Shown: positions 36,320 through 49,336, counted from the stretch's first letter. The stretch is 64,000 nucleotides of DNA from Felis catus (GCF_018350175.1 NC_058368.1:202122001-202186000); one strand, 5' to 3'. Made by a program: numbers and translations. The notes: generated from the sequence alone by a model not told the origin.

Positions 36320-36570
36320 GGCAATGATATATATTGAGTGCCACTTTATGCCAGATACTAAGCTGTTTATCTTGGGTGAGGAAAGAAAAAATGTTTACAT
36401 AGTACTATACAGTATTTTACTAAAGTTGGCAGGATTACGTGGATTTTAGACATGAAGAAAGCAGAGACTTACGGAGAGAAGGGTGCCTGCCCAATATCTT
36501 ACAATTAAAAATTGCACAAATTACTTTTGAACCAGATCTCTGGGACTCCAAAAATTCTACTCTATCTTCT
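36320..36570 (-). mobile_element. MIR relic
   Basis: attttagacatgaagaaagcagagactt...tttgaaccagatctctgggactccaaa. Confidence 0.65.
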
Positions 36571-36908
36571 TGGCAGATGACCGAAGACCAGAGTAATAAG
36601 ATAGTGGAAAGAGCAAAGGACCAGGACTCCCAGGGACTAGTGAATCCTGCCTGTTAGGAGGCCCAGAGCCAAAATTTTGAAAACGTACCTGAGCAAACAA
36701 AGTTGGGGGTACCTGGAACCAAGACAGTGTACTGTAAACTATATTTGTATATTTTTAATAGACTTATTCTTGTGGTAGGTAGACAGAAATACAAATGTTT
36801 ATGTACAAATGTCTTAATAATAAGCATTCAAAAGCTAAAATATGTAAAGCTTTTAAAAAAAGTCTGAGGTGTTTTTTAAGCTTAAACTCATGGCAAATGA
36901 TTTTGCTA

Positions 36909-37416
36909 TGTGATGGTTAATTTTATTTGTCAGCTTGACTGGGCTAAGGGATGCCCTGGTAGCTGGTAAAACATTGTTTCTAGGTGTGTCTGCGAGGGTG
37001 TCTGTGGAAGAGATTAGCATTTGAGACTGAGTAAAGCAGATCACCCTAACCGAAAGTGTGCGGGCCTCATCTAATCCCCTGAGGGCCTGAGGAGAACAAA
37101 AAGGCAGAGGAAGGGCAAATTCTTTCTTTCTGCTTGAGCTGAGACATCCATCTTCTCCTGCCCTTTGATGTTGGTGCTCCTGGTTCCCAGGCTTTCAGAC
37201 TCAGAGAGGGATGTACCCCCTCAGCCTTCTAGTTCTTAGGCCTTCAGACTGGGACTGAATTACACTACTGGCTTTCCTGATTCTCCAGCTTGTGGATGGC
37301 AGATCTTGGGACTTAGCCTTCACAACCATGTGAGCCAATTCTTATACTAAATTTCCTCTTAAATAGATCTCTGTATATTCCATTGTTTTGGCTTCTCTGG
37401 AGAACCAACTGATAAA
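36909..37416 (+). mobile_element. ERVL solo LTR, MLT2 family
   Basis: tgtgatggttaattttatttgtcagcttgactgggctaagggatgccc start and cttctctggagaacc end match the recalled MLT2 consensus. Confidence 0.9.
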
Positions 37417-38029
37417 GCCAGGATCCTTTATTTGGCCTTATACTGGATTGGATGTCATATATCCTTCATGTGAATCTTGAATTTGTCATTGTCTTTTACC
37501 TTTTTGTAATCACCCACCTCTATGAAATGAGTAGGTTAAACTAGATCAGTGTTTTTTTTTTTTTTTTAAGTTCATGTCATGACCCATTGCTTGACCAAAT
37601 GAAGCAGAAAATAACAAAATGCATGTCTTTAAAAACTTCCATTTTTGTGTTTTACTTGTATGGATTTTGCTGAATATATATAAAATGTATTCCTGAGGGG
37701 GATGGGCAAATATTTTTAAACACTGCCTTATGTGATCATGAAGATTGTTGCCAGCTCCAAAATAACTCTGTTCTATCTTTCTCTGAAAATCCAAGAATCC
37801 CTTTTCAGATCATATTTTCCTTCTGCGTCTTAACACTGTGGGAATGCCTGCCTTGTGAAATACCTTTGCTTGCTTTCAGGTTCTGCTTTTGTTTGTAAAT
37901 TTCCCTGCCTTCTTTCTTAACTGTTCTTCCTTCCCCCAACTATGATGCTTCCTGGACCTTTGCTGTCAAGTATCTGCAACTGAAACACCGTTCGAAAGAA
38001 ACTCATGCTCAGAATCTCAACCATTACAC

Positions 38030-38683
38030 CTAGATGTGAGACCTGAAACCAGAAAACTAAAAGAAAGCATAAGCAATAATTGGCCTTAGCAACATATTTA
38101 TGGATATATTTCCTGAGGCAAGGGAAACAAAACAAAAATGATCTATTGAGACTACACCAGAATAAAAAGCTTCTGTGCAGCAAAGGAAACAATCAACAAA
38201 ATGAAAAGCCAACCTTCGGAATGGGAGAAGAAACTTGCAAGTTACATATCTGATTAAGTGTTAATATCCAAGATATGTAAAGAACTTGTACAACCCAATA
38301 TCAAAAATCCCCAAATAATCTGATTAAAAAATTCGAAGAGTACCTGAACAGACATTTTTTCCAAATAAGACATACAAATGGCCAACAGACACATGAAGAG
38401 ATGCTCAACCTCACTAATCATCAGAGAAATGCACATCAAAACCACAGTGAGATATAACCTCATATCTGTCAGAATGGCTACTATTAAAAACATAAGAAAT
38501 AACAAGTGTTGGTGAGGATGTGGAAAAAAGGGAACCCCATGCAATGTTGATGGAACATAAATTAGTACAAGCACTGTGGAAGACATTATGGACTTTCCTC
38601 AAAAAATTAAAAATAGAAATGCCATGTGATCCAGTAATTCATTACTGGGTATTTACCCAAAGAAAATGAGAACACTAATTCAA

Positions 38684-38725
<42 letters not shown>

Positions 38726-39354
38726 ATATATATACATCCCTATGTTTATTGCAGTGTTGTTTACAGTAGCCAAGATATGGAAGCAACCTAAGTGTCTATA
38801 GATAGATGAATGGATAAAGAACATGTTGTGTGTGTATAATGAAATATTAGCCATAAAAAGAATGAAATCTTGCCATTTGTAAAAACATGGATGGACATAC
38901 AGTGTTTTATGCTAAATGAAATAAGGCAGACAGAGAAAGACAAATACCATATGATTTTACTTGTATGTGGAATCTAAAAAGCCAAACAAAGAACAAACAA
39001 AAAACCAGACTCTTAAATACAGAGCACAAACTGGTGTTTGTCAGAGGAGAGGTGGATGAGAGGATGGGTGAAATAGGTAAAGGGGATTAAGAGATACAAA
39101 GTTCCAGTTATAAAATAAATAAGGCATGGAGGTGAAAAGTGCAGCACAGGGGATACAGCCAATAATATGGTAGTAATGTTATATGGCATCAGCTGGTGAC
39201 CACACTTAGCGTGGTAAACACTAAGTAACGTACAGAATTGTCAAATCACTGTGTTGTACACCTGAAACTAACATAACATCGTATGTTACTTCATTACACA
39301 TCAACTGTACTTCAATAATATATTTTAGGAAAAGGAAAAAAAGGAAAAAAAAAA
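38030..39354 (+). mobile_element. 5'-truncated carnivore LINE-1 (ORF2 C-terminus plus 3' UTR)
   Basis: aaaagcttctgtgcagcaaaggaaac, gatgaatggataaagaa, A-rich tail at about 39330-39354; internal (TG)n at 38685-38720. Confidence 0.92.
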
Positions 39355-39642
39355 CTATTAACTACCTTTTGCTCACCTAAACCCTTAGTCACAAACCTTC
39401 AAGATTTCTTCCCAAATGTGTCAGTGTCACTACAGATTGAATTTCTCATTCTTCACCTGAAGTATCTTTTCCTTCCTTTACAGGTTCAATTTTAAAATTA
39501 TAACTTAAGAGATGCTGATTCTTTTTTGAGAAGGGTCACATGAGTTGTTCTTAGTTTTGCAAATATCAGGCAACTAGGCACCTGGTGGAAGATTATAAGT
39601 GACCGTTTTTATTCACCTGTTTTTGGTACATGAAGGCTTAGC

Positions 39643-39826
39643 TCGGTAATTCTCCAAGTGTAGTATCTGGACTAGTGATATTAGCATTACTTGGGGACTT
39701 GTGAGTATTATAAATTCTAGACCTCACCTAGACCTATTGGATCTGGTAGTGGGGCCGAGCAACCTACTTTTAATAAGTTCTCTAGATATTTCTGATGGAC
39801 ACCGCCTGAATTTTGATAACAACTGC
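39643..39826. mobile_element. MER5A-like hAT MITE
   Basis: ttctccaagtgtagt...agcattacttggggacttgt...ttttaataagttctctagatatttctgatg. Confidence 0.75.
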
Positions 39827-40080
39827 TTCATTCCCTTTAGTATAAAGAAATGGTGCTGTGCCAACTTGCATAAGAAGCCTAGTGCTAATCTGTGGGAGAG
39901 AAATTCTGAGATAATCCCCTGCACCTTCTGAGACCCACATGTAGAGGATCATGACAGAGATGGGGATTGCATGAGGGACTATGATTACTTGGTAGAATGT
40001 TTAGACTGGTGTTTTATGGTCAACACAAGTTTTTTTTTAATTTATAATAGCTTTATCGAGATACAATTCACATATCATTG

Positions 40081-40423
40081 TGAAAAATAATTAAAGACAG
40101 TGCAGGTGATACAAACCTTATTTAACAGTTAAGTGGGCAATTTCTATTTCCAAGGGTTCAAGGAATTACAAAATGGGTAGAAGACAGGATGCTTTTATGG
40201 GAGAAGGCATAAGGAACAAGGAAGAGAAAAACAGGAAATGAATTAGGAATAAGGAAATAAGTACAGAGCCCAGAGTTGGCTTGGTATTCAGGCATGACTG
40301 ACTGGCTATACTGTGCTTCTGGTCAAGAGAAGTATTTATACAGACATGGAAGTTATCTAAGTTTTGGTCTGTTGATGTGTGACACCCCTGACAGGCTTCC
40401 CTTGGGCCTAGAAATGTATTTCA
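40081..40423 (-). mobile_element. Probable solo LTR inserted in an L1 3'-end fragment
   Basis: TG...CA bounded block interrupting L1 3' sequence (40036-40080, resuming about 40425-40505). Confidence 0.5.
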
Positions 40424-40771
40424 GTACTGTGAAATTTACCCTCTTTAAAGCATATAATTCATGATTTTTAGTATATTCATAACATTGTGCAAACATCACT
40501 ACCCTATACAAAGATTTATAGAAGCTGACTTTGGTAAAGTATGTGAAATTACACAAGAAGTGTGCTCAAGCCAGAATCTCTAACCCTTCAGGGAGTTTTG
40601 ATAAACAGTGACTGCATGTATGAATATCAGCTAGGTGCACTGTGGAGACAGAACTCACGAGAAGCACCTCACACCTGGGATGGGCAGGAAAAGATCCTTA
40701 CAGCAGAGGCAACTGGTGTGTTCCAGAAAACTATTTAGGACCAACCTTCAACAGAAATCAACAGTGAATGG

Positions 40772-40903
40772 TAGGATTTGATTATATCTGTTTGCCAAAG
40801 GCAGGTCTGATTTATATGTGTCATCCTGGCATAATTATTAATCACATGCCTTTTCACTCACCAAAATGTACTAGCTTAGGTGATAAATCATATGATCACC
40901 TTA
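40772..40903 (-). mobile_element. MER94-like hAT-Blackjack MITE
   Basis: tcctggcataattattaat...ttttcactca...ataaatcatatgatcacctta. Confidence 0.7.
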
Positions 40904-41139
40904 ATTAGGCCTTCCAGTTCTCTGTCTTGGAGATGCTTTCTCTCTGATACTCTGCCTAGCCTTCTCTGCAGCCCCCAATTCCAATTTTCATCTCCAAAGC
41001 TCAGTGTGACCACCACTCTGCATTGTTGTCCACCACCATGTGGATACTAGTCCACTAGTCATGGGACACTTTGGGGATTATTTCACTTTTTTACCTTTGC
41101 CACCTCTTGTCCAACATCTTGAAAGTTATATCAGATAAT

Positions 41140-41560
41140 GAGGTTTAGTCTGTTATCTGTCATTTAACCAGGACATTATATCTGTGAGGTTTGTACGTGT
41201 CATTGCTTATAGCAGTAGTTTACTCTTTTTTGTTTAAGATTCCTTGCATGAGTAATATACAACAATAAATTTATTCCACTTTTGAGAGATATTTTGGTGA
41301 TTCTAGTTTTTGACTATTACAAATGTTGCATATTATTTGGTAGGCATACACACGTATTTCCATTGGACATATATCCTGAAGTAGAATTTTTGAGATACAT
41401 GTTGTATTGGTCTTCTTTAGATTTTTAAGTAGTTTTCTGAAATAGTTTACCATTTTACCTTCTTCTGCTATCAGTTTATGAGCATTTCAAATGCTCACAT
41501 TCCCACCAACTCTTGGTATTGTCAATCCTTTAAATTTTAGCTCTTTTGGTGGTGGTGTTG
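41140..41560 (-). mobile_element. Old LINE-1 fragment
   Basis: tttattccacttttgagagatattttgg...cacattcccaccaactcttggtattgtca. Confidence 0.7.
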
Positions 41561-41573
41561 AAACTCCACAATT

Positions 41574-41575
41574 TC

Positions 41576-41628
<53 letters not shown>

Positions 41629-41655
41629 TTTTCTTTCCTTCCTTCCTTCCTTCCT

Positions 41656-41711
<56 letters not shown>

Positions 41712-41916
41712 TCAATTTATTCATTTTTGAGAGACAGAGAGAGACATAGCATGAGTTGGGAAGGAGCAGAGAAAGAGGGAGACACAGAATCCGAAGCTGG
41801 CTCCAGGCTCTGAGCTGTCAGCACAGAGCCTGATGCGGGTCCCGAACTCATGGACTGTGAGATCATGACCTGAGCTGAAATCAGACGCTTACCGAACTGA
41901 GCCACCCAGGTGCCCC
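41574..41916 (-). mobile_element. CAN-SINE with expanded (TTTC)n/(TTCC)n tail
   Basis: Tetranucleotide tract 41575-41712 then SINE body; TSD actccacaatt. Confidence 0.93.
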
Positions 41917-41934
41917 AAAGACTCCACAATTCTT

Positions 41935-42107
41935 TAAGAAAAAAATTTTTTTAAAATATTCATTTATCTTTGAGAGAAAGAGAGAGAGACAGACAGAGGC
42001 ATGAGCAGGGGAGGGTTAGAGAGAGGGAGACACAGGATCCAAAGCAGGCTCCAGGCTCTGAACTGTCAGCCTGGAGCCTGATGCAGTTCTCGAACTCACA
42101 GACTGAG
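41935..42107 (-). mobile_element. 5'-truncated CAN-SINE
   Basis: TSD gac(t/g)ccacaattctt. Confidence 0.9.
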
Positions 42108-42189
42108 GACGCCACAATTCTTAATGTTGAACGCTTTATTTATTTCACACTCTATCTCTTAAAATAACATTTAAATCTCACTAGCATTT

Positions 42190-42413
42190 CACATTTGTGG
42201 CATTTTTGAATCCAAAATGTCAAATGCTGGTAAGGATGTGGAACAAGGGGAACTCTCAATCATTGCTGGTGGGAATGTAAAGTGGTACAGACACCTTGAA
42301 AGACAGTTGGCAATTGTTTGCAAAGTGAAGTATAATTTTATTATACAATTTAGCAATAATACTCCTAAGTATTTACTCAACTGAGCTGAAAACTTATGTC
42401 CAAATAAAAACCT

Positions 42414-42452
<39 letters not shown>
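42190..42452 (+). mobile_element. Old LINE-1 fragment ending in (CA)n
   Basis: aaatgctggtaaggatgtggaacaaggggaactctca...ctgaaaacttatgtcca. Confidence 0.75.
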
Positions 42453-42454
<2 letters not shown>

Positions 42455-42602
42455 TAATAAAAAAAATAAAATAATATTTAAATCTCTAAAATGTATACCC
42501 TGTATTTTCAAATGCAAATAAAATCTAGGTCTGTAAAAGTTAGGATCTATTTCATACCCAATCTTTTAAAATTTATATAAAAATTTAAAAACAAAACTAA
42601 TA

Positions 42603-42829
42603 TTTTATTTATTTATTTATTTATTTATTTGTTTGTTTGTTTGTTTATTTATTTATTTTGGAGAGATAGTGTGTGAGTAGGGGAGAGGGGAAGAGGGTGA
42701 GGGAGAAAGAATCCCAAGCAGGCTCCACACTCAGCAGAATTTGACATGGGGCTTAATCCCACAACCCTAGGATCATGACCTGATTACTGGTGTCCAGACA
42801 CTCAACCTACTGAGCCACCCAGCCACCCC
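42603..42829 (-). mobile_element. CAN-SINE, older subtype
   Basis: (TTTA)n tail, gaatcccaagcaggctcc, ending ccagccacccc. Confidence 0.88.
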
Positions 42830-42992
42830 TGTATGCATTTTATAAAATAGTGGCATTAGATTGCATCATTTCTAAAATATCTAATAATTTTTAAGTCTTT
42901 ATATGTATATAAACTTTACCTTATATTTTGAATTTGTATGTGGTGTTTTTCAGAATTTCTTAGTCTTTCTAGACATTAAATTATCATATTCA

Positions 42993-43198
42993 GGGGTACC
43001 TGGGTGGCTCAGTCAGTTGAGCATCCGACTTCAGCTCAGGTCATGATTTCACGGTTCATGGGTTCAAGCCCCACATTGAGCTCTATGCAGACAGCTCAGA
43101 GCCTGGAGTCTGTTTGGGATTCTGTGTCTCCCCCTCTCTGTCCTTCCACTGCTCGCGCTCTCTCTCTCTCTCTCAAAAAAAGTAAATAAACATTAAAA
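42993..43198 (+). mobile_element. CAN-SINE
   Basis: TSD aaattatcatat. Confidence 0.93.
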
Positions 43199-43377
43199 AA
43201 TTATCATATCTCAAAATACTGTGCCTACTAAATTCTTCAAATGGCAGAATTCACTGATACATGATTTTCAGTAGATTATCTGTTGTGTACATGGCCCTGT
43301 ACTAGGTAGGGCACTGCACAAACCCATGAATAAGGCATGGTACATTTTGTTCGATGAGTATGTTCTCGAAGCAGCCA

Positions 43378-43460
43378 TTAGATGAATATACCAATGCTTA
43401 TTATAAACAAACATTTCCCAGATGTTCTCCAAAGAACATCTTGCTTAAGATGGTAACTTG
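43378..43460 (+). repeat. 83-bp dispersed direct repeat, copy 1
   Basis: 79/83 identical to 47602-47684 by manual alignment. Confidence 0.95.
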
Positions 43461-44319
43461 AACAAAAAGCAAAACATAAAAACACGCAGAACAGTTCTGT
43501 TATCAAATAATTTGAGCAAAAGATAGAATATAATGGGAAATATCAAGTACTTTGGATTTGGGAAAAAAGAGAGCCTTATTTACTACAAACTGGTTTCTCT
43601 GAGTAATACTGGTGTCCACATATGTCCACATAATATGGTTTAATAAATGGAAATTGATTTATTCTTGGAGTTCTAGCATGGAGCTTATAAGTTTATCTAT
43701 GATTGCATATCTCTGACGGGAATTTGGGCTCTTGGTGTTTCCTTGGCCTTTCTGTTAATTTATCTATAGTGTTCATTAGGACTGCCTAGTTAATTTTTGT
43801 TACATTCATATATTATTGATCTAGTAGTTTATATGTTGAAAGCCTTTCCTTTTTGTTGTTTTACACTGAAATAAAATAATGTTGTCAAAGTGACATGGAA
43901 TTATTCATATTCCATTTATAATATTGTATGTATTTAACTGTTATTCACTTTTGGAAGAGTCTCTTTAATTTAACTAGGTCCTTATATTGATTTCTCTAGA
44001 TCCCAGTGGTTGAAATTTTCATTAAGCTGATAAGTAAAGTTAATGTTGTATTAGTATAAAGTTGGCATTTTCATCATTTATCTGAAAAATAGAATGGAAA
44101 TGGTTAGTTCTTAGAACACGAGATTTTTCAGAAAATTTTAATGGCTACAATATGCTAACAAATTACTTGCCTAAAGCTTCTTTTTTTTCCCCCTCCAATT
44201 GAGTCTAGTTTATGTAACCTCTCCTAAAAGCTATTTTTAGTAAATAATGGATGTTGACTGCATTATTTTAAAAGTTGATTAAATATGTCTTACTATTTAG
44301 ATTATTCTTTTACTTTTTA

Positions 44320-44560
44320 TTAGGCATTTTTAACTTTTCAAGGTGCTTTTCATATTGTGTGTTTTAAACATTGGATTTTCTTGGGCCTCAGTACCACCCT
44401 GTGATTGGTAAGACAGGTTTATTCATTTCTATGTACTACAGGGGATTGGGGGTTTAGTCATACATTTGTAACTGATTTACCAAAGTTTACACAGCCAGTT
44501 AGTGGCAGTGAATGCTATAACCTTGGTACCTGGCTTCTATTTCAGTGATATACTAGATTA
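44320..44560 (-). mobile_element. MIR relic
   Basis: tgatttaccaaagtttacacagccagttagtggcag. Confidence 0.65.
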
Positions 44561-44985
44561 ACTACTTACGTTTTTTTTTTTTTTTTTTCATAAATACTTA
44601 AAACAAGCAGTGTTTAAATAAATAGGTATTTTATTCAAGCAGAAATTTAATGACTTTTTAGAAACTGAATTTGGTTAGAAATGATTTTAGTTTAAAGACC
44701 CTTTGGGGATTAATTCATAGCAAAGCTGTTTTCCCAATGGATACATTTTTTGCAGCAAATTCAAAAGCTCAGTATACTAAAAATGTGCTAATATCTCAAT
44801 CTGCTTTTATTTAATCAGCTATGTGGCTTTCATTGCTTCTTAGAAAAGAATCTTACTTCTATTAAAATGTCAAGACAGCTTCATAAAAAAACACTAAGAA
44901 GACTGATGTCTTAAGTCACGCACCAACAACAATCTCATTATTTATTCTCACCTCATTTGTACTTGGGCCAGTGACATCTATGATT

Positions 44986-45596
44986 GTAGCAATGCCCCCA
45001 TCTAAAATTTCAAAAAGTTGTTTGTTAAACATAGAGATTCTACCCTGAAGGGGGGCTCATTATTTGGGGGCTGCTTCTTTTCAGTCTTCATCTGTTCTTC
45101 ATTTAGCTCCTTCCTCTGACTCTGTGCTCGTTCTCTCTTCTTTGACATCCCTTTCCGGTGACAGAGAACATTTTTCTCGGGATGGCCTACAGGATTCCAG
45201 GCAGACATGGCCCATGGGAAGCACTGGTGGAGGGTAGAGCGCTAACCACCAAGGGGGTTTCTCACTGTCCCTTCTGCCTCAAGTAGCACCACTGGCAGCT
45301 GCTCGTCGTTGGCACAGCTCCTGTGCTAGAGAGTTCATTCCTCCTCCATAGTTCCAGCTTCTAGGACCCACCTGCACTTCTGGGCTCGAATAACAATATC
45401 TCCTTCCCTTGTCCTTTCTCCTGTAGGGATGGAAAGGGCTTCTTAGAGTCGCTGACCTTTCGATTGTCTCACCTTCTTCTGTTTGACTCCTCTGCCTTTT
45501 CTTCATTTGTGTAACCAGTTCTCTATACCGAGTCCTCCCTATTTGTAAGACTGGGGAAGGGGGGGTGGCAATTTCTTCTAGAAATTGCTAGATACA
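44986..45596 (+). mobile_element. Ancient ERVL-type solo LTR (LTR33/LTR41-like)
   Basis: tgtagc start, gataca end; internal gggaagcactggtggagg and tgtaaccagttctct motifs. Confidence 0.5.
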
Positions 45597-45782
45597 GCAT
45601 TCAGTTTAACCACTCCACAGAAGCTGATGTGGCATAGTACTTTCTTTTTACCATTTTTATTCTTTGTCTTTCTTAACAATTGTTTTCCTGATTCAGGTTC
45701 TGTCACTTGGTCTTTTTAAACTCAAGTTAGTCACCTTCTTTGGCTCCTCTTCCTATTTTTTTAAAAGAATTTTTTTAGTACA

Positions 45783-46012
45783 GGGTGCCTGGGTAGCTCA
45801 GTTGGTTAAGCTGAAGTCCAACTTTAGCTCAGGTCATGATCTCATGGCTCATGAGTTTGAGCCCCGTGTCAGGCTCTGTGGTGACAGCTCAGAGCCCGGA
45901 GTCTGCTTTGGATTCTGTGTCTCTCTTTCTCTCTCTGCCCCTCCCCCACTCACCCTCTGTCTCTCTCTCTCTCCTTCAAAAGTAAATAAACATTAAAAAA
46001 ATTAAAAAAACA
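45783..46012 (+). mobile_element. CAN-SINE
   Basis: TSD aaagaattt...tttagtac. Confidence 0.93.
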
Positions 46013-46284
46013 AAGAATTTTTTTTAGTACTTACTATTTTTTTTCCAGTAATTATTTATGTATCCAAATCTTCCCAGACCTCATTTGGGTAGCAGTGAGG
46101 TCGTATAGCAGGCAATCTCTAATTTTATATAGTGTTCCCAGACCCTACCTATATGCCTATGATACCTGAGTCTCCTTGCCAGTATTTCTTACTACCATGT
46201 GTGCTGGGGACTCCTCAGGCTAGTCTCATAAACATTGGAACATTGGTTTTATGATCATTCACTTTACTGTTTATGCCCTGGCTA

Positions 46285-46392
46285 AGCAGTGCCTGGACTC
46301 TTGACCCGTGGAAATGCTTAGCTAACAAATGTGTTTTGCTTTAAGCTACTAAAGTTGTGGTGATCTGTGATACAGCAGTATAAAGCCAGTAC
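46285..46392 (+). mobile_element. MLT1 LTR 3' end
   Basis: aaatgtgttttgctttaagctactaaagttgtggtgatctgtgatacagcag. Confidence 0.7.
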
Positions 46393-46557
46393 CATTGCAG
46401 ACATTATTTTCAGTTGTCCATTAGACATGTTTCTATACATTTCCACAATATCCACTAGGATTTCTAGAAGCCATTTCACATGCATTTTATCCCCAATAAA
46501 ATTATTTCCTATTCCTCAAAGCACCTTTCCTTCTCATATTGAACACCCTAACTTATT

Positions 46558-46775
46558 AAAAAAATTTTTTTTAATGTTTATTTATTTTTGAGACAGAGAG
46601 AGACAGAGCATGAACGGGGGAGGGGCAGAGAGAGAGGGAGACACAGAATCTGAAGCAGGCTCCAGGCTCTGAGCTGCCAGCACAGAGCCCGACGCGGGGC
46701 TCGAACTCACAAGCTGTGAGATCATGACCTGAGCCGAAGTCGGATGCTTAACCGACTGAGCCACCCAGGCGCCCC
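46558..46775 (-). mobile_element. Young CAN-SINE
   Basis: CpG-rich; perfect TSD aacaccctaacttatt. Confidence 0.96.
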
Positions 46776-47189
46776 AAACACCCTAACTTATTTAGTATAC
46801 TATTGAACATAGAGCTACTCTAACCAGAAATTAGGCTTCTTTCTTTACCACATTCCTAAGCAGTCACCAAATGCTATCTATTTTACCACAGAAAAACACT
46901 TTGAAATTAATCCAGAGTCTTTACTCTCTTGCTGAAATAATCACAAATCTAGTTTTCAAACTCCAGTCAAGCCATCCGATTTTCATGTGTGAGGTTTCTG
47001 GAAACAATAAAACACCTGCCTCTCCCAAACACCCTAAAATTCCAAACAACAAAAACCAAAAATTAAAAAAAAACAAAACAACAAGAAAACAAAAAACCAA
47101 GTCATTCTGTTGATGACTCTCCCTCATTGCCTACATGATTAAGTTCAAACGTGTTAAGTAGGCAGATAAGTACAAATTTTAATCAAAAC

Positions 47190-47396
47190 TTTTTTTTTAA
47201 GTTTATTTATTTATTTATTTTGAGAGAGACAGAGAGAAGTGCAGGTGAGGAGGGGCAGAGAGAGGGGGATGGAGAATCCAAAGCGGACTCAGCGCTGACA
47301 GCACAGAGTCCGATGCGGGGCTCGAATCCCTGAACTATGAGATCATGACCTGAGCTGAAGTCAGACTCTTAAATGACTGAGCCACCCAGGCACCCC
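47190..47396 (-). mobile_element. CAN-SINE
   Basis: TSD aaaactttttttt. Confidence 0.92.
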
Positions 47397-47601
47397 AAAA
47401 CTTTTTTTTTAGTATCTTATTCTAATATTTCTCATTCCAACTCTATGTATCACTGTTACCTCAGCATTTATCATGTTTTCTTCCCTTCTTTGCCTGGCAA
47501 TTTTCCCATTATTTTCATTCACTCATTCATTCATTTAATGTACCAAGTCTTGTTTATTAGTTCAGAACAAGATAGTCCCTGACTTTGTGGAGTTCACATT
47601 C

Positions 47602-47684
47602 TTAGATGAATACATCAATGCTTTTTATAAACAGACATTTCCCAGATGTTCTCCAAAGAACATCTTGCTTAAGATGGTAACTTG
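47602..47684 (+). repeat. 83-bp dispersed direct repeat, copy 2, inside L2
   Basis: 79/83 identical to 43378-43460. Confidence 0.95.
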
Positions 47685-47749
47685 GGTGTCAGACGATAAA
47701 TAATAAAACATAAATGTGAACAAATAAACACTATCAAAGTATATGTGTG

Positions 47750-47984
47750 TATATATATATATGTATGTATTTTAATTTTTTAATGTTTTTATTTATTTTT
47801 GAGAGAGAGACAGAATGCAAGGGGGGGGGAGGGGCAGGGAGAGATGGAGACACAGAATCCGAAGCAGGCTCCAGGCTCCAAGATGTCAGCACAGAGCTCG
47901 ACACGGGGCTCAAACTCACAAACTGTGAGATCATGACCTGAGCCAAAGTCAGATGCTTAACCGACTGAGCCACCCAGATGCCCC
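47750..47984 (-). mobile_element. CAN-SINE
   Basis: TSD tatcaaagtatat. Confidence 0.93.
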
Positions 47985-49212
47985 AATATCAAAGTATATT
48001 TTATGAAGAAAGTAAGTAATATAGAATGAATATCAGTGCAATTTTTGGAAGGGTATACTGAAACAGCCCCTTTAAGGAGGGGACCTTGCTGTTGAGATGG
48101 AGAAAGCCTTGGGGGAATCTGGGAAAAGAGAACAGTATCAGAGGAAAGAGCCAATGTAAAGACTTTGGAATGAGTGTAAGTTTGGCATGTTTAACAAGGA
48201 GCAAGAGGGCTAGTGTGGCTACAGCACAAAGGACAAAGGGAAGAGTAAGGGAATGAGAAATAAAAGGTGGGTTGTGTAGGTGATGGTAAGGAGAACTTAT
48301 CATAAGTCTCATAGCAAACCAGGAGAGTTATATGACCTGCTCTGTTTAAAAAAATTACTCTGACCACTTTATAGACATAATCTCTAGGAAAAGCCTGAAT
48401 AGAATTAGGGAGCTGAATTAGATCAAAGAGATATGATGGTACGCCAGGAGCAGTGGAAGCACAGAGATGTTTTATATTCAGGATATAATTTAAAAGTAGC
48501 CCTGATAGGTGATTACTAATGGATAGAATACGAGTTGTGGGTATAAGGAATACAGGTTAACCAATGTGTAGTGTGAAAAATACAGGAGAAACAGTGATGA
48601 CTGTTGGGTTTTTTGTCTGTGGAACCAGAAGAAAGGAACTGTTATTTACAGAGATGGAGAAGACTAGAATAGGAGGGAAGAGTGGAGTGGGGGAGGAGGA
48701 ATAAGATGTCTCCTATTGACCCTGTTAAGTTCTAGACACTGATGACACTTTCAAACAGTGATAGTAAGTAAGGAGTTGGGTAAACTATATATTTTCTCAG
48801 GAGGCTTCAGGGGAAATCTTGGAGCAGGAATATGTGTTTTTCTTCAAGTATCATTGCTATAATGAAATCTTTTAGTTAGAATTGATCTGTGATTTTATAA
48901 GCCTTTTATGTACCTCAATTAAAATACGTGAAGTATTATAATTATCTTTGTATATCATCTCTCCAAATGGACTCTGTGATCCTGAAGCCAAGGATTACAT
49001 TGTACTCATGTTTTATTTATTCTAGAAGTATTATTGTTCCTACTCTACTCAGATATTACTCTAGGCACTAAGGAGAATAAATAAAATATTTAAATATTTA
49101 AATATTTAATATTAAATATTTAATTAAATATTTAAATATTTAAACTGTCTTCATTACGTTTAATACATCTTTGCATTCATGTGCTTCACACAGGGTTTGG
49201 CACATAATATTC

Positions 49213-49294
49213 ATTTATTCTTTCATTCATTTAAAATATTTTTTTGTTTTTATTTTTAGAGAGAGAGAGTGTGTGAGCAGGAGAGAGGGGAAGA

Positions 49295-49336
<42 letters not shown>

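Larger units (their letters stand above)
47510..48820 (-). mobile_element. LINE-2 relic, interrupted
   Basis: cattcattcatt 3' tail, gtccctgactttgtggagttcacattct, gagcaagagggctagtgtggct, gttatttacagagatggagaagact. Confidence 0.75.

Noticed and set aside
41140..42420. Opposite-orientation old L1 pieces as a twin-priming inversion
   Set aside because: Both cover the same ORF2 C-terminal region, differ strongly and share no TSD; more likely independent insertions.
4434..47973. Recurrent ORF family MAQSVK...QVMISQ...SLEPASDSVSP (e.g. 4434, 9728, 32413, 43004, 46582, 47734)
   Set aside because: These are translations of the CAN-SINE consensus, not a paralogous gene family.
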